DNA of 64,000 bases from a bacterium. GTDB taxonomy: Bacteria; UBA8248. Below, piece after piece: positions 11,942-22,355 of the stretch. The position numbers and the translations under genes were made by a program. The stretch is taken from positions 1,664,001 to 1,728,000 of the forward strand of contig OZ241875.1 in assembly GCA_965203325.1 (NCBI GenBank), read 5' to 3'. The notes under the pieces were generated by a model. The model was given only the letters and a program-made list of their open reading frames with translations, was not told where the DNA came from and searched no databases. Each line of letters begins with the position of its first letter. Within the stretch, counting starts at the first letter, position 1.

Positions 11942-12834
11942 GTTGGATCCACCGGATCGGCCCGGGCGAAATGCTGGCCATCGCTTCTTCCATCACATTC
12001 TCGGTAGCGCAGACTTTTCTCAGACAGGGAATGAGGAGCGTATCTCCCCTTGCCGCCGCCTTGATAGTGAATGGAATCGTAAGCCTGGGCGGCTTCGTCA
12101 TGTCTCTCTTGAACGGCACGCTTTTTACTTCGAAGGCAGAAGCCATCTTCTGGTACGCCGCCGTGGGCGCCGCGGGTCCCACCATAGGCAGATATTGCTA
12201 CCTGGTGGGCGTCTCCCGTATCGGGCTCAGCCGCTCTGTGCCCATATCCTCGGCGGCCCCGATCTGGGGAACTTTTTTCGCGATCCTGATTTTGGGAGAA
12301 ACGCCGACAACCATGGTCGTACTCGGCACCCTGGGCATCGTCATCGGGGTATCCATTCTCGGGATACAAGACGACAAATCCCAATCTTTCAAAAGCTGGT
12401 TCCGGGGAGCGCTGATATTTCCGCTCGTTGCATCACTGGCCTATGCGATAGCGCCCATCTTCGCCAAACTCGCATATACGCATCAGATGACACCCAGCGT
12501 CGGCATGGCCGTCTCCTTCGCCACAGCCAACTGTTTACTTCTGCTCACGAAACCAATCCTGCCCGGCCAAAATGAGATTCGAGGCAAAAGAAGAGGCCTC
12601 CTGTGGGTGGGAGGCGCAGGCGCCATCGGTATTTGCAGCTCGTTTATGCTTTGGACAGCCTTTACGATGGCGAGCGTTTCCACTGCGCTGCCCCTGAGCC
12701 GGATCGCACCGATTTGGGTACTGGTTCTGAGCTATTTTTTCCTGGGCAAGCTCGAAACAATCAACCGCAAGACTGTTCTGGCCACGATTTGCGTCGTCAC
12801 AGGCGGAGTCCTGATCACCGCTTTCAGGAACTAA
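11938..12834 (+). CDS. EamA/DMT-family transporter
   Basis: About 10 hydrophobic helices, internal duplication with ILGE and LGKLE motifs. Confidence 0.9.
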   Translation: MSWIHRIGPGEMLAIASSITFSVAQTFLRQGMRSVSPLAAALIVNGIVSLGGFVMSLLNGTLFTSKAEAIFWYAAVGAAGPTIGRYCYLVGVSRIGLSRSVPISSAAPIWGTFFAILILGETPTTMVVLGTLGIVIGVSILGIQDDKSQSFKSWFRGALIFPLVASLAYAIAPIFAKLAYTHQMTPSVGMAVSFATANCLLLLTKPILPGQNEIRGKRRGLLWVGGAGAIGICSSFMLWTAFTMASVSTALPLSRIAPIWVLVLSYFFLGKLETINRKTVLATICVVTGGVLITAFRN

Positions 12835-12902
12835 CTCTATGGAGAAGAGCAACCCTCCATGCTCACCTCCAATCTTGAATCTCCAGCGTCCAGCGAAAAA
12901 CC

Positions 12903-14150
12903 CTACCTGCCCGCCGCCGCCTCGGCGACCCGAGGGGAATAAATAATATCATCGACTTGCGGCGGATCTTCGAGAAAGCCTGCCGCCTTCAGCGTCAACA
13001 CGTCGTTCGTGCCGTCTGAATGCAGGAAGCTCAAGGCATCGCGCATGAGCTTTTCGATGGGGTTTTTCCGCATATACCCCGCCGCCCCCCAAAGCTCCAT
13101 CGCCTCCTGGCAGACCTGTACGGCGGACTCGGATGCGAATACCTTGCTCAGCATCGCATTTTTCCGGTCCATCTCCTCAAGCTGGGTGGACCACGCGGTA
13201 CGCCACAGATAAGAACGTGACGCTTCTATCTTCATCGCCATACGCGCAAGTCTGATTTGCTGGAGTTGATGGTCGAGCAAGGGCACGCTTCCCTGGATTC
13301 GGGCATGGGCATACTGCAAAGAGAGATCATACGCACGTTGCGCGACCCCCAATACGGTGGCGCCCGCCTGGATGTTGCTCCCGTGCCTGATGAACAGATT
13401 GGCCAGCGCCGGCAGAGCCTCGCCCACTTCCCCGATTTGGTCTTCCGCCGGGACTTCCACATCGTGAAACTCCAGTGTGCCGTTCTGGACACACCTTTGG
13501 CCAAGCTTATCCCACACCTCCGTGACTTCAAAACCCTTCGCATCAGAGGACACCAAAAAGGCCGTGAGACTGTTCATCATGGGATTGTCTTTATCCGTGC
13601 GGGCGGCTATCTGATAAACTTTGGCGAGACCCCCATTGGAGATGTAACGCTTGGAGCCGTTCAACACCCAGCGGTCTCCTTTTTTTTCCGCATACGTCTG
13701 AATTCCCGCCCCGGGATTCTGGTTGGGCCATACATTGTCACTACCCGCCATAGGCTCCGTCCAGGCGGTCGCCAGAATACACTCGTCATCATCCATGATT
13801 TTAGGGAGCCAGCGTTTTTGCTGTTCTTCATCCGCCATGTTGGCAATTGACGTCATGATCTTCCACGTCTGATCAAAGGCGACAGCCAGTCCCAAATCTC
13901 CATAGGCCAGCGTCTCGCCCACGATGGCGCAGGAAAGCACGTCGGCGCCTTCACCTCCAAACTCTTTGGGGACGGTGAGTGTTCTGAGGCCTCGTTTGGA
14001 ACCTTCTCTGATGACTTCCCAGTTAAAGGATGCTTCGGGATCCTCGATGCGGTCCGCAACCTCCGCTGCGGGGATCATGACTTCGGTGGCGAATCTTTTC
14101 GCAGTATCCCTGAGTTCCATTTGCCGCGGGGTGAGCTGGAAATCGACCAT
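12903..14150 (-). CDS. acyl-CoA dehydrogenase
   Basis: VPKEFGGEG, WTEPMAGSD, WVLNGSKRYISNG, WDKLGQR, ELWGAAGYM, DGTNDV. Confidence 0.93.
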   Translation of the reverse strand: MVDFQLTPRQMELRDTAKRFATEVMIPAAEVADRIEDPEASFNWEVIREGSKRGLRTLTVPKEFGGEGADVLSCAIVGETLAYGDLGLAVAFDQTWKIMTSIANMADEEQQKRWLPKIMDDDECILATAWTEPMAGSDNVWPNQNPGAGIQTYAEKKGDRWVLNGSKRYISNGGLAKVYQIAARTDKDNPMMNSLTAFLVSSDAKGFEVTEVWDKLGQRCVQNGTLEFHDVEVPAEDQIGEVGEALPALANLFIRHGSNIQAGATVLGVAQRAYDLSLQYAHARIQGSVPLLDHQLQQIRLARMAMKIEASRSYLWRTAWSTQLEEMDRKNAMLSKVFASESAVQVCQEAMELWGAAGYMRKNPIEKLMRDALSFLHSDGTNDVLTLKAAGFLEDPPQVDDIIYSPRVAEAAAGR

Positions 14151-14189
14151 CGGTTTTATCCTCCAAGGGTAATTGTCCTGGCGATTCAG

Positions 14190-14222
14190 TCGCGATGAAA
14201 CAATCGCGAATCATTATGTCAA
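14190..14222 (-). promoter_or_regulatory. putative promoter (-35 TTGACA) with palindromic operator upstream of the acyl-CoA dehydrogenase
   Basis: tgtcaa at 14217-14222; perfect dyad TCGCGAT-N6-ATCGCGA at 14190-14209. Confidence 0.5.
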
Positions 14223-14276
14223 GAAAGCCCGCTGTTGCGCCTCCGCTTATTCCGGTTCTCAGGATGCGAGCGTATA

Positions 14277-14687
14277 TTAAAGAGCCGCCGGGTTCTCGCA
14301 CAACTCGATGCGGATATTCCCGGGCCCTCGGACATAGGCGATCATCCGCCCGCCAACCCCGCGGCGCACGGGCTCCATCATAATCTCGGCCCCTTTGCCC
14401 CTCAGCCACTCGACGGCGGCTTCCACATCCGGAACGCCGAACCCGAAATGATCCAGTCCCTGAACCAGTTCCGGCCCGACTGAATCCGGCGTCTCCTCAG
14501 GTCTGACACCGCGAGCGAATATCACCAGGCGGCCGATTTGGATCGCCGCGTTGGGCGAGCCCTTGAAGTCCTCATCGTAGCGAATGATTTCCGCGTCGAA
14601 CACGTTTTTGAAATACTCGGCAAACGCCTTCACGTCTGCGCAAACGTAGTGAATATGATCAAAACCGAATTCCATCGAATTCTCCAA
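14277..14687 (-). CDS. VOC/glyoxalase-family protein
   Basis: FDHIHY, GLDHFGFGVPDV, YVRGPGNIRIEL. Confidence 0.9.
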   Translation of the reverse strand: MENSMEFGFDHIHYVCADVKAFAEYFKNVFDAEIIRYDEDFKGSPNAAIQIGRLVIFARGVRPEETPDSVGPELVQGLDHFGFGVPDVEAAVEWLRGKGAEIMMEPVRRGVGGRMIAYVRGPGNIRIELCENPAAL

Positions 14688-14695
14688 TTATGAGG

Positions 14696-16411
14696 TTACG
14701 GCGTGATGATGATCGGTGAATCCTCAGAATCGGTATCTTCCGAAACACCGCCATCCCCGACATTCTCCTCTTGCATTTCCCCTTCCACACCCTGAGATTC
14801 GCGGACCTGGCGGATAATCCGTTCGAGCATCACGTTGATGGAATACCGAACCATTTCGAGGAACAGCGGCGTGGGTTCATCCGCAGCCGTCCGCACTTCA
14901 TCGGCCAGCGTCACACACTCGCGCGCCATCGCTTCATCGCCCGCCAGATGGAAAACGTATCCATTGTCTTCCAGTTGGCCCGATATGCGCTCCCGCAACG
15001 CCGCATCCTGAAAAATTTCTTTTGCGCCGTTTTCCACTATCTGCTCAAGACGCTCTTTTTTCTGTCTTTCGTCCAACGCCACCTGACTTTCCATCGACTC
15101 CAAGAATTCCTGGAAATACGGCCCCACACGCTCTTCATCCATCGCCCAACTCCAAAAAGGCCGATGGGCGAACATCGTGCGCACCTCCATCCTGTCCTCG
15201 CCTTCTGCAAGAGATTTCACCACAGCGCGGACAGGATGCGGCCCCTCCAGGGGAAACGCGTCGGTCTCCGCCAGGGGATCGAGCATGAGTTTCGCATGCG
15301 TAAACCCCCGGGGCAGCGGTACTTCTCCCGCTTCGTTTTCGCGCTGGCCGCGCTCCAGAAGCCAGATCGCATATCCGGCAGGCACTTCCTGTGACGCCAG
15401 GGCGGGCATTTCTGAAATTCGGCGGAAAACATCGCGCAACTCTTTCCCGCTCATTTCCGCATCCGTGAACTCGACAATGCCTCGCCCCCGGTGCAAACGC
15501 GCCTGCACGAGATACCTCCCGCGCGGAACCCTCGAACGCGCAAGCCACAATAGCATCTGCCCACGCCCGTCTACGGCGCTGACAACGGCATGAACATAAT
15601 CGGGATACGTGGACCGTTGGGCGGTTCGACTGCCCGCATCCGGCGATTTTTCAACTTCCACGCCTTTATTCTTCAACCGGAATATCGCTTTGCGGATTCG
15701 TGACAACGTATCCTTGTCCTTGCTGGATTCCGAGAGCTTTTGAAGCGCATTCGCGGCCTCCTGCGTAGCCGTATCCGCCAGAATTTGAATGAAGTATGGG
15801 GGCGGTAATGTTCCTTCACCGCCCATCGCTTCCGCCAGCATGAGCAGGCGATTCTCTGAAACGCCCGGCTTGTTCTCGAGGCCGTCACGCAACACGACTT
15901 CCTGCAAAAAAGGAGGCAGGTCATTCAACGACGATACAAGGGACGTTGCGGAATCGACCGTGAGGGACTCATTCCGGCTGAAACGCTCAGAAACCTCCTG
16001 AGCGCGGCTTAAATTTTCCGGATCGAAACCATCCGGCAATTCTGCTCGCGCATCCAACGCCCGGAGAGTCTCCAACAGCGCCGCGAGTCCCGGTATCGAC
16101 CACCGCATCGTCCGAATAAGCGAAACAAGCTTTTGAGCGACGGATACATCCCCAAGCTCGCGCAGAGCGAGAAGCGTGGGAATACGGCCCTCCCGAGTCG
16201 TAGAGGACAGGTGGTTGAATACGCCGGCGAGCCCGACATCTCCCATTTCTCTGATTTCGTCCAATAAAGGCGCAGGCGCCATGGCGCCCGGTGGAGGAGG
16301 AACCGTGAACGATGCTTCGAGACCGGCCGCTATGGCGGCGGCCCTGTCCAAATCTTCCTTGGAAAAAGATTTTTTCGAGGCCTTTAACCTCGATTTCTTT
16401 GCCAAAACCAC
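14696..16411 (-). CDS. hypothetical helical protein (possible HEAT-like repeats)
   Basis: Long ORF; GTG at 16411 after AGGAG; acidic tail ending SPIIITP. Confidence 0.75.
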   Translation of the reverse strand: MVLAKKSRLKASKKSFSKEDLDRAAAIAAGLEASFTVPPPPGAMAPAPLLDEIREMGDVGLAGVFNHLSSTTREGRIPTLLALRELGDVSVAQKLVSLIRTMRWSIPGLAALLETLRALDARAELPDGFDPENLSRAQEVSERFSRNESLTVDSATSLVSSLNDLPPFLQEVVLRDGLENKPGVSENRLLMLAEAMGGEGTLPPPYFIQILADTATQEAANALQKLSESSKDKDTLSRIRKAIFRLKNKGVEVEKSPDAGSRTAQRSTYPDYVHAVVSAVDGRGQMLLWLARSRVPRGRYLVQARLHRGRGIVEFTDAEMSGKELRDVFRRISEMPALASQEVPAGYAIWLLERGQRENEAGEVPLPRGFTHAKLMLDPLAETDAFPLEGPHPVRAVVKSLAEGEDRMEVRTMFAHRPFWSWAMDEERVGPYFQEFLESMESQVALDERQKKERLEQIVENGAKEIFQDAALRERISGQLEDNGYVFHLAGDEAMARECVTLADEVRTAADEPTPLFLEMVRYSINVMLERIIRQVRESQGVEGEMQEENVGDGGVSEDTDSEDSPIIITP

Positions 16412-16567
16412 TTCTCCTATTGTATATGTCTCAAAGCACACATCATCGGCGGGGGTAACACATACTGTCAAGACGAAGTCGAAACACGAATTTCTCACAT
16501 TTTCAGATTTTGCCGACTACAACATACACATGACAGAATCATCGTTGTATTGGTCCCTGGAGCCAGC

Positions 16568-17557
16568 GTGAACTTTCGATTTGCCCATTGCGGCGATTTC
16601 CATCTCGGCTATGACTTCGGCTATCTCCCGCCCCGGAAAGCAGCGGCGCGCCAGGCCGATCTTCGGGTGGCGTTTTTCCGCACCGTTCGCGAAACCCTCA
16701 AATGGGGCGCACAGGTATTCCTTGTATCGGGCGATCTGTTCGACACACCGCACCCAGGTGATCGCGACGTAGAAATCGTCTCGAAGAATCTCGCGCACTT
16801 ATCGAAAAAAGGGGTGCGCTGCTTCGCCATACCCGGCAACCACGACCCGAGACACCCGAAATCCGTGTGGAATCGACCCGAAATGGCAAGCTATATCCAC
16901 CTTTTCCACGGTGACGCCGCTGCCGGGTTGGCGCAGGAAAATATCGGCGAACTCAACCTGACGATTGCCGGAATCCCCTGGGATACCGAAGACGCCTTCA
17001 AACCGCCTTTGCAGGAAATCCTCGCGCGGAAACCGGATGTAAGCGACAGGTCCATCCTGCTTCTGCACGGTTCGGAAGCCGCTCTCGCCTCAGAGCACCC
17101 CGCGTTCAAGGAACACCCATTCGAAGCCGATGATTTGAAGCGTTTGCCCTTCGGTTACGTGGCCATCGGCCACTACCACAAACCCATGGACGTCGCCAGG
17201 TGGAGCGGCGGCGCCGCATGCTACAGCGGCTCGCCCGAGGGTTTGCGGTTCAGCGATCACAATCTGGGGGAACGCTCCATCGTTTTGGGAGAAATGGACG
17301 AGGGGGGCTCTCTGGTTCGACTCGAACGAAAAATCATCAATGCGCGCACGATGAAAACGCTTTCCTATTCCGCCGGGGACGGGACGACCACGGACGACTG
17401 GTTCCGGACTATCGATGACATGAGAGACCCCGATACCCTTTTGAGAGTGCGCGTCCCGAAACAAGAAGGCGGTGAACAAAGGCGGGCCGAAGTCCTGTTA
17501 TCCTCGCTGTGCAGTGACTATTTCTATCTGGACATTATCTGGGAATCACCCTCGTGA
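16568..17557 (+). CDS. SbcD/Mre11-like metallophosphoesterase
   Basis: HCGDFHLG, SGDLFD, IPGNHD, LLLHG, YVAIGHYH, YSGSPE. Confidence 0.88.
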   Translation: MNFRFAHCGDFHLGYDFGYLPPRKAAARQADLRVAFFRTVRETLKWGAQVFLVSGDLFDTPHPGDRDVEIVSKNLAHLSKKGVRCFAIPGNHDPRHPKSVWNRPEMASYIHLFHGDAAAGLAQENIGELNLTIAGIPWDTEDAFKPPLQEILARKPDVSDRSILLLHGSEAALASEHPAFKEHPFEADDLKRLPFGYVAIGHYHKPMDVARWSGGAACYSGSPEGLRFSDHNLGERSIVLGEMDEGGSLVRLERKIINARTMKTLSYSAGDGTTTDDWFRTIDDMRDPDTLLRVRVPKQEGGEQRRAEVLLSSLCSDYFYLDIIWESPS

Positions 17558-18342
17558 GCGAAAGCATCTGGTGTGACGTCTCCTTTTCCCACCCGGAAAT
17601 CCCCACGAGACTCAAAGATGCGCATCGGGCGCACGCCGATAATGCACAACACGTTGTGTGCGTCGTAATCGATATACTGAGAGCCACGACGAACATCGCC
17701 GTCATCCTGGAGAACGGATGTTCCGCGATATATCCATGCGCGTCTCCTGAGATGGCGCATGAACTGGCCCGGAAGCTGAGACACGTGCATGGCGCCGAAC
17801 AAATCATTCTGGGCGGAGAGCAGGACGGCAAGCCGATTGAAGGATTCGACGGGGGAAACTCTCCGCTCGAATACACGCGCCGGAGAATCAACGGCAAGAC
17901 CTTGATACTCTCAACGAGCAACGGCACCAAAACACTCTCAGCCGTAAAGAATTGCGGAGAAATTTTCACCGCCGCTTTTGTGAACATCACCGCTGCGGCC
18001 GAACGCATCGGGTCTATTCTTCTTGCCAACCCGAATCAATCCCTCCTGATCGCCTGCTCGGGCCGCGAAGGCGCTTATTGTGAAGAAGACGCCGTAGGGG
18101 CGGGAATGCTCCTGCAAATCTTGTCCAGACATCTGGAAAGGCTGGAATTCTCCGACACCGCCCGGGCAGCCCTGCATGTTGCAAACGGGGCTGAAAAAAA
18201 CCTGGAAAAGATGCTTTTTCAGAGTTGGTGGGGCAGACACTTATCATCCCTGGGGCTTGACGAGGACATATCCTTCTGCGCGCAGAAGGACATCACGAGG
18301 GTCGTTCCCAAGCTGGATGCCGGGATAATAAAGATATCTTAA
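17554..18342 (+). CDS. comB: 2-phosphosulfolactate phosphatase family
   Basis: VVIDILRATT, GGEQDG, GNSPLEY, STSNGT, EDAVGAG. Confidence 0.9.
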   Translation: MSESIWCDVSFSHPEIPTRLKDAHRAHADNAQHVVCVVIDILRATTNIAVILENGCSAIYPCASPEMAHELARKLRHVHGAEQIILGGEQDGKPIEGFDGGNSPLEYTRRRINGKTLILSTSNGTKTLSAVKNCGEIFTAAFVNITAAAERIGSILLANPNQSLLIACSGREGAYCEEDAVGAGMLLQILSRHLERLEFSDTARAALHVANGAEKNLEKMLFQSWWGRHLSSLGLDEDISFCAQKDITRVVPKLDAGIIKIS

Positions 18343-19151
18343 GTTTCGAGGTCCTTCGCCAGGACGTTCTCAACCATATCGTGCGGCTCCGGAGAATTCG
18401 CTCCGGGCTTCAGGTGCATAAAGAATTCCCGGTTTCCCTTCGCGCCCGCAATCGCGCTCGATGCGATGTCCCGGGGGGTCAATCCCGCCCGAAGCGCTTC
18501 ATCCCAGACGCGGAGGAGCACTTCACGGTGAAGCGCGGGGTCGCGAACGATTCCGCCCTTGCCGACACGTCCCCTCCCCACTTCGAACTGTGGTTTGACG
18601 AGAACGAGCATCTCTCCATCTTCGTCGAGCAACTCATGAACCGGTTCGAGCACCTTCATGACGGAGATGAACGAAACGTCCACGGCGCATAAACCCGGAC
18701 GTTCTTCGCCCGCCAGCGATTGAAAAATTTCCGGCGTCAGATGCCTGGCGTTCACACCTTCCAGAAGAGTGACCCTGGGGTCATTCCGCAACTTCCAGTC
18801 AATCAAACCCTTGCCCACGTCCACCGCCGCAACGCGACGGGCGCCACGGGTGAGCAGCACATCGGTGAATCCGCCCGTCGACGCGCCGACATCCATGCAG
18901 TATTTATCCAGCGGATCAACCCCGAAAAAATCCAGCGCACCTGCGAGCTTCAGGCCGCCCCGGCTGACATAGGGACAAGGGTTTTCCTTGAGGGTGATGG
19001 ATGCGTCTTCCGGAAACGAAGAACCCGCCTTGGTGGCGGGTTCGCCGTCGACACTCACAAGACCTGCCAGAATCAGGCTGCGCGCGCGCTCCCGGCTCGG
19101 GGCCAGCGCACGTTCGACGAGTAACTTATCAAGCCTCTGTTTCTTTGCCAT
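18339..19151 (-). CDS. tlyA: TlyA-family rRNA methyltransferase
   Basis: S4 domain RLDKLL, YVSRGGLKL, DVGASTGGFTD, DVSFIS, LVKPQFE, GNREF. Confidence 0.95.
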   Translation of the reverse strand: MAKKQRLDKLLVERALAPSRERARSLILAGLVSVDGEPATKAGSSFPEDASITLKENPCPYVSRGGLKLAGALDFFGVDPLDKYCMDVGASTGGFTDVLLTRGARRVAAVDVGKGLIDWKLRNDPRVTLLEGVNARHLTPEIFQSLAGEERPGLCAVDVSFISVMKVLEPVHELLDEDGEMLVLVKPQFEVGRGRVGKGGIVRDPALHREVLLRVWDEALRAGLTPRDIASSAIAGAKGNREFFMHLKPGANSPEPHDMVENVLAKDLET

Positions 19152-21063
19152 GCGCCGCCAGATCGGCAGAATCAGCCTTGCCTTCCATCAGATCGCGAGC
19201 CGCCTGGGTGATATCGCCTGGCGTGAGTCCACAGTCGTCGCGCTGGAGTTGAGGCGCTCCGTGCTCGATAAACCGGTCGGGAATACCCAAAACCGTGGTG
19301 GAAACGTCCCGGATGCCATGCGCCGCCAAAAGCTCCAGAACGCCGGCGCCCATTCCACCGATGCGCGTTCCCTCCTCGATCGTGACGATGCGTTTGCAGC
19401 GCCTCGCGAGTTCCAAGACTTTCTCCTCATCCATCGGCTTCACAAAGCGGAGATTCAAGACCGATGCCTCAATCCCGAGTTCCGCCAATTGCCCGGCAGA
19501 TTCCATGGAAAGGCCCACCATGGGACCCAGGGCGATGAGAGCGATGTCATCGCCGTCGCGAAGCGATTCCGCCTCTCCGATGGGAATCGTCTCGATATCC
19601 TCATCCATCGGCACCCCTTCGCCGGAGCCGCGCGCGAAGCGAACTGCCGCCGGACCGGGATGTTCAATCGCGGTCAAGACCATTTTCTGAAGTTCATTTT
19701 CGTCTTTGGGCGACATGATGGCCATGTTCGGCAGACACCGGAGATAGGCCAGGTCATAGGCTCCCTGGTGGGTGGGCCCGTCATCGCCCACGAGACCGGC
19801 CCGGTCCAGCGCAAAGGTAACGGGCACGTTCGTGAGGCAGACGTCGTGGATGATTTGATCATAAGCCCGCTGCAAAAACGTGCTGTAAATCGCGGCGACC
19901 GGCTTCATTCCCTCGAGCGCCAGACCCGCGGCGAAAGTCACCGCATGCTGTTCGCACATCCCTACGTCGAAGCAGCGCTCCGGCAACACTTTTTGATAGT
20001 TCACGAGCGCCGTACCCTCAAGCATGGCCGCCGAGATGGCCACTATCTTTTCATCCTTTTGACTGAGTTTCACCATGGTATCGGTAAAAACTTTGGAGTA
20101 GCCGGGAGGGCCGGGCGCTTTCTTGTGGAATTCACCGGATTCGGGATCGAATTTCGTCACGCCGTGATAGGTGATGGGTTCCGCCTCGCTATAGGGATAC
20201 CCGTAACCTTTTCGGGTTACGACGTGCACCAGGTTGGGGCCATCCAGGTTTTTCACGTTTCTGAGAGTGGGAATCAGCAAATCGAGCCGGTGTCCGTCCA
20301 CCGGGCCGATGTACCGGAAACCCAACTCCTCGAACAAAATTCCCGGCACGATGATATTTTTCAGAGACTCCTCCACCCTGTCCATCAGCGTGACGGCATG
20401 ACTCCCCACCACGGGAAGGTGGCTGATTATTTTCTGGACTTCCGCACGCACCTTGCGGGCCCGGTTCGACCATTCACCCGTCATGATTCGCGCCAGATAG
20501 GAGCACATGGCGCCTACGTTATGCGAAATTCCCATTTTATTGTCATTGAGAATAACGGTGAGGTTCCGCTTCGAATCGCCGGCGTTGTTGAGTCCTTCCA
20601 TCGCCATGCCGGCGGTCAGGCTGCCGTCTCCGATGATGGCGACGACCTGAAAATCCTCGCCCGAGAGGTCTCGCGCCGTGGCCATGCCCAGGGCAGCGGA
20701 AATGGACGTGCCGCCATGCGCCACGTTCAGATGGTCGTATTCACTCTCACGCCTGTCCGGGAAGCCGGCAACCCCCTCCCACTGCCTCAGCGTATGGAAC
20801 TGGTCCCGGCGTCCCGTGAGGATCTTGTGCGTGTAAGCCTGATGGCCGACATCCCAAATCAACTTGTCCTTCGGCGTATCATAGAGATAGTGAAGCGCCA
20901 CGATGAGCTCAGCGGCACCCAAAGATGCGCCGAGATGCCCGCCCGTATTGGAGGTCACCTGAATGACCATGTCGCGGAGTTCATCCACGACTTGAGGTAA
21001 CTCCTCCTCCGTCAGTTGTCTCAAATCCGCCGGGCTATCAATACGTTCAAGCAATTCGCCCAT
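19129..21063 (-). CDS. dxs: 1-deoxy-D-xylulose-5-phosphate synthase
   Basis: GGHLGASLG, WDVGHQAYTHKILTGR, GDGS..GMAMEGLNN, YSTFLQRAYDQ, DRAGLVGDDGPTHQG. Confidence 0.98.
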   Translation of the reverse strand: MGELLERIDSPADLRQLTEEELPQVVDELRDMVIQVTSNTGGHLGASLGAAELIVALHYLYDTPKDKLIWDVGHQAYTHKILTGRRDQFHTLRQWEGVAGFPDRRESEYDHLNVAHGGTSISAALGMATARDLSGEDFQVVAIIGDGSLTAGMAMEGLNNAGDSKRNLTVILNDNKMGISHNVGAMCSYLARIMTGEWSNRARKVRAEVQKIISHLPVVGSHAVTLMDRVEESLKNIIVPGILFEELGFRYIGPVDGHRLDLLIPTLRNVKNLDGPNLVHVVTRKGYGYPYSEAEPITYHGVTKFDPESGEFHKKAPGPPGYSKVFTDTMVKLSQKDEKIVAISAAMLEGTALVNYQKVLPERCFDVGMCEQHAVTFAAGLALEGMKPVAAIYSTFLQRAYDQIIHDVCLTNVPVTFALDRAGLVGDDGPTHQGAYDLAYLRCLPNMAIMSPKDENELQKMVLTAIEHPGPAAVRFARGSGEGVPMDEDIETIPIGEAESLRDGDDIALIALGPMVGLSMESAGQLAELGIEASVLNLRFVKPMDEEKVLELARRCKRIVTIEEGTRIGGMGAGVLELLAAHGIRDVSTTVLGIPDRFIEHGAPQLQRDDCGLTPGDITQAARDLMEGKADSADLAAHGKETEA

Positions 21064-21178
21064 ATCATCTCCCCCACGGGAATTCATCGCAAATCGAATC
21101 TGATTTCATCAAGGGGATGTCTCGGAAACCGACATTCCACCCTTACCCAAAGATTAACTGCAAAATGATAATCAATCG

Positions 21179-22093
21179 TCAAAACCGACGCAAGATAATA
21201 AAATGCGCCAAAGATTCTAATTCAGGCGCTTTATTCGGGAAAATTTCGAGCGCTCCCAAGGCCTCCTCGCAAGTGGAGCGCGCGAGCCCTTTCGATTTTT
21301 CCATGCCATACAAGGCGGGATAGGTGGCCTTGTTCAATCCCTCATCCGAGCCTATGGGTTTTCCCATGAGGGCCTCATCGCCTTCCACGTCCAGAATGTC
21401 GTCCACGATTTGAAACGCCAGCCCGATCTTCTCGCCATAAACACGCAGCGCTGCCAATTGCGCTTCATCACCGCCACCGAGGAGGCCCCCCAGGCAAACG
21501 GAAACTCTCAAAAGCGCGCCCGTCTTTCTTCTGTGGATTTCCTCCAAATGCGCCATATCGCTCACCCGGCCATTGGCCCGGATGTCCAAAAGCTGACCCC
21601 CCACCATACCCGTCGCGCCCGCCGCATCGGCGACCATGCGAATCGCTTTCACATGACGCTCCGGCGAAACTTTCGCGCCCATCTGTTGATTCGCCATCAA
21701 CTCGAAGGCCAGGGCCTGCAACCCGTCACCCGCGAGAATCGCCGCCGCCTCCCCATACACCTTGTGGCTCGTCGGCATCCCGCGTCTCAAGTCGTCATCG
21801 TCCATGGCGGGCAGATCGTCATGGATCAGGGAATAGGAATGAATACACTCGAGGGCGCACGCGGCAGGCAGGATAAATTCGGGATTGCCGCCTACGGCTT
21901 CACATCCGGCCACACAAAGCACGGGGCGCAGGCGCTTTCCACCCGCGAAAAGGCTGTAGCGCATGATCTCGAAGATTTCGGGCGGTTCCGAGGATTCCGG
22001 CACGAGGCGATCGAGTTCTTCTTCCACGCGTTTCGCCCAGCCGCTCAGGTAAGCTGCTGCGTCGATGACGGCGGGGAGTTCGCCTTCATTCAT
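21179..22093 (-). CDS. ispA: farnesyl-diphosphate synthase (geranyltranstransferase)
   Basis: GGKRLRP, SLIHDDLPAMDDDDLRRG, LAFQIVDDILD; classic xseB-ispA-dxs order. Confidence 0.95.
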   Translation of the reverse strand: MNEGELPAVIDAAAYLSGWAKRVEEELDRLVPESSEPPEIFEIMRYSLFAGGKRLRPVLCVAGCEAVGGNPEFILPAACALECIHSYSLIHDDLPAMDDDDLRRGMPTSHKVYGEAAAILAGDGLQALAFELMANQQMGAKVSPERHVKAIRMVADAAGATGMVGGQLLDIRANGRVSDMAHLEEIHRRKTGALLRVSVCLGGLLGGGDEAQLAALRVYGEKIGLAFQIVDDILDVEGDEALMGKPIGSDEGLNKATYPALYGMEKSKGLARSTCEEALGALEIFPNKAPELESLAHFIILRRF

Positions 22094-22355
22094 CGTCATC
22101 ACCATCTTCGAACGGCTGCAACGATAGTGTTTCCTCCGATTCCCCGGCGAGTTCTTCCACCTTTTTTTGCGCCGCGCTCAACTGCTCCCGGCTGTAGCGG
22201 AAGAGCTTCACACCCTCCTCATACAGCAAAACCGCCTTTTCCAGGGAAGGCTCACCCTCTTCGAGTTCTTCCACGATGGCCTCCAAACGCTCCAGCGCAG
22301 CCTCGAAACTTTTCGGTTCCGCATCGGGATTCGCGGATTCATCCACCGTATTCAT
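22086..22355 (-). CDS. xseB: exodeoxyribonuclease VII small subunit
   Basis: SFEAALERLEAIVEELE...LEKAVLLYEEGVKL. Confidence 0.93.
   Translation of the reverse strand: MNTVDESANPDAEPKSFEAALERLEAIVEELEEGEPSLEKAVLLYEEGVKLFRYSREQLSAAQKKVEELAGESEETLSLQPFEDGDDDE

Noticed and set aside
14197..14224. TTATGTCAAG as the XerD arm of a dif site
   Set aside because: No XerC-like arm ending in TAA; the sequence is explained as a minus-strand -35 box
18988..21000. Long antisense or alternate-frame ORFs (this 670-aa one, also 23607-25247, 39248-40741, 52143-54236)
   Set aside because: Shadow ORFs opposite well-supported genes in GC-rich DNA, with Arg/Pro/Gly-skewed composition
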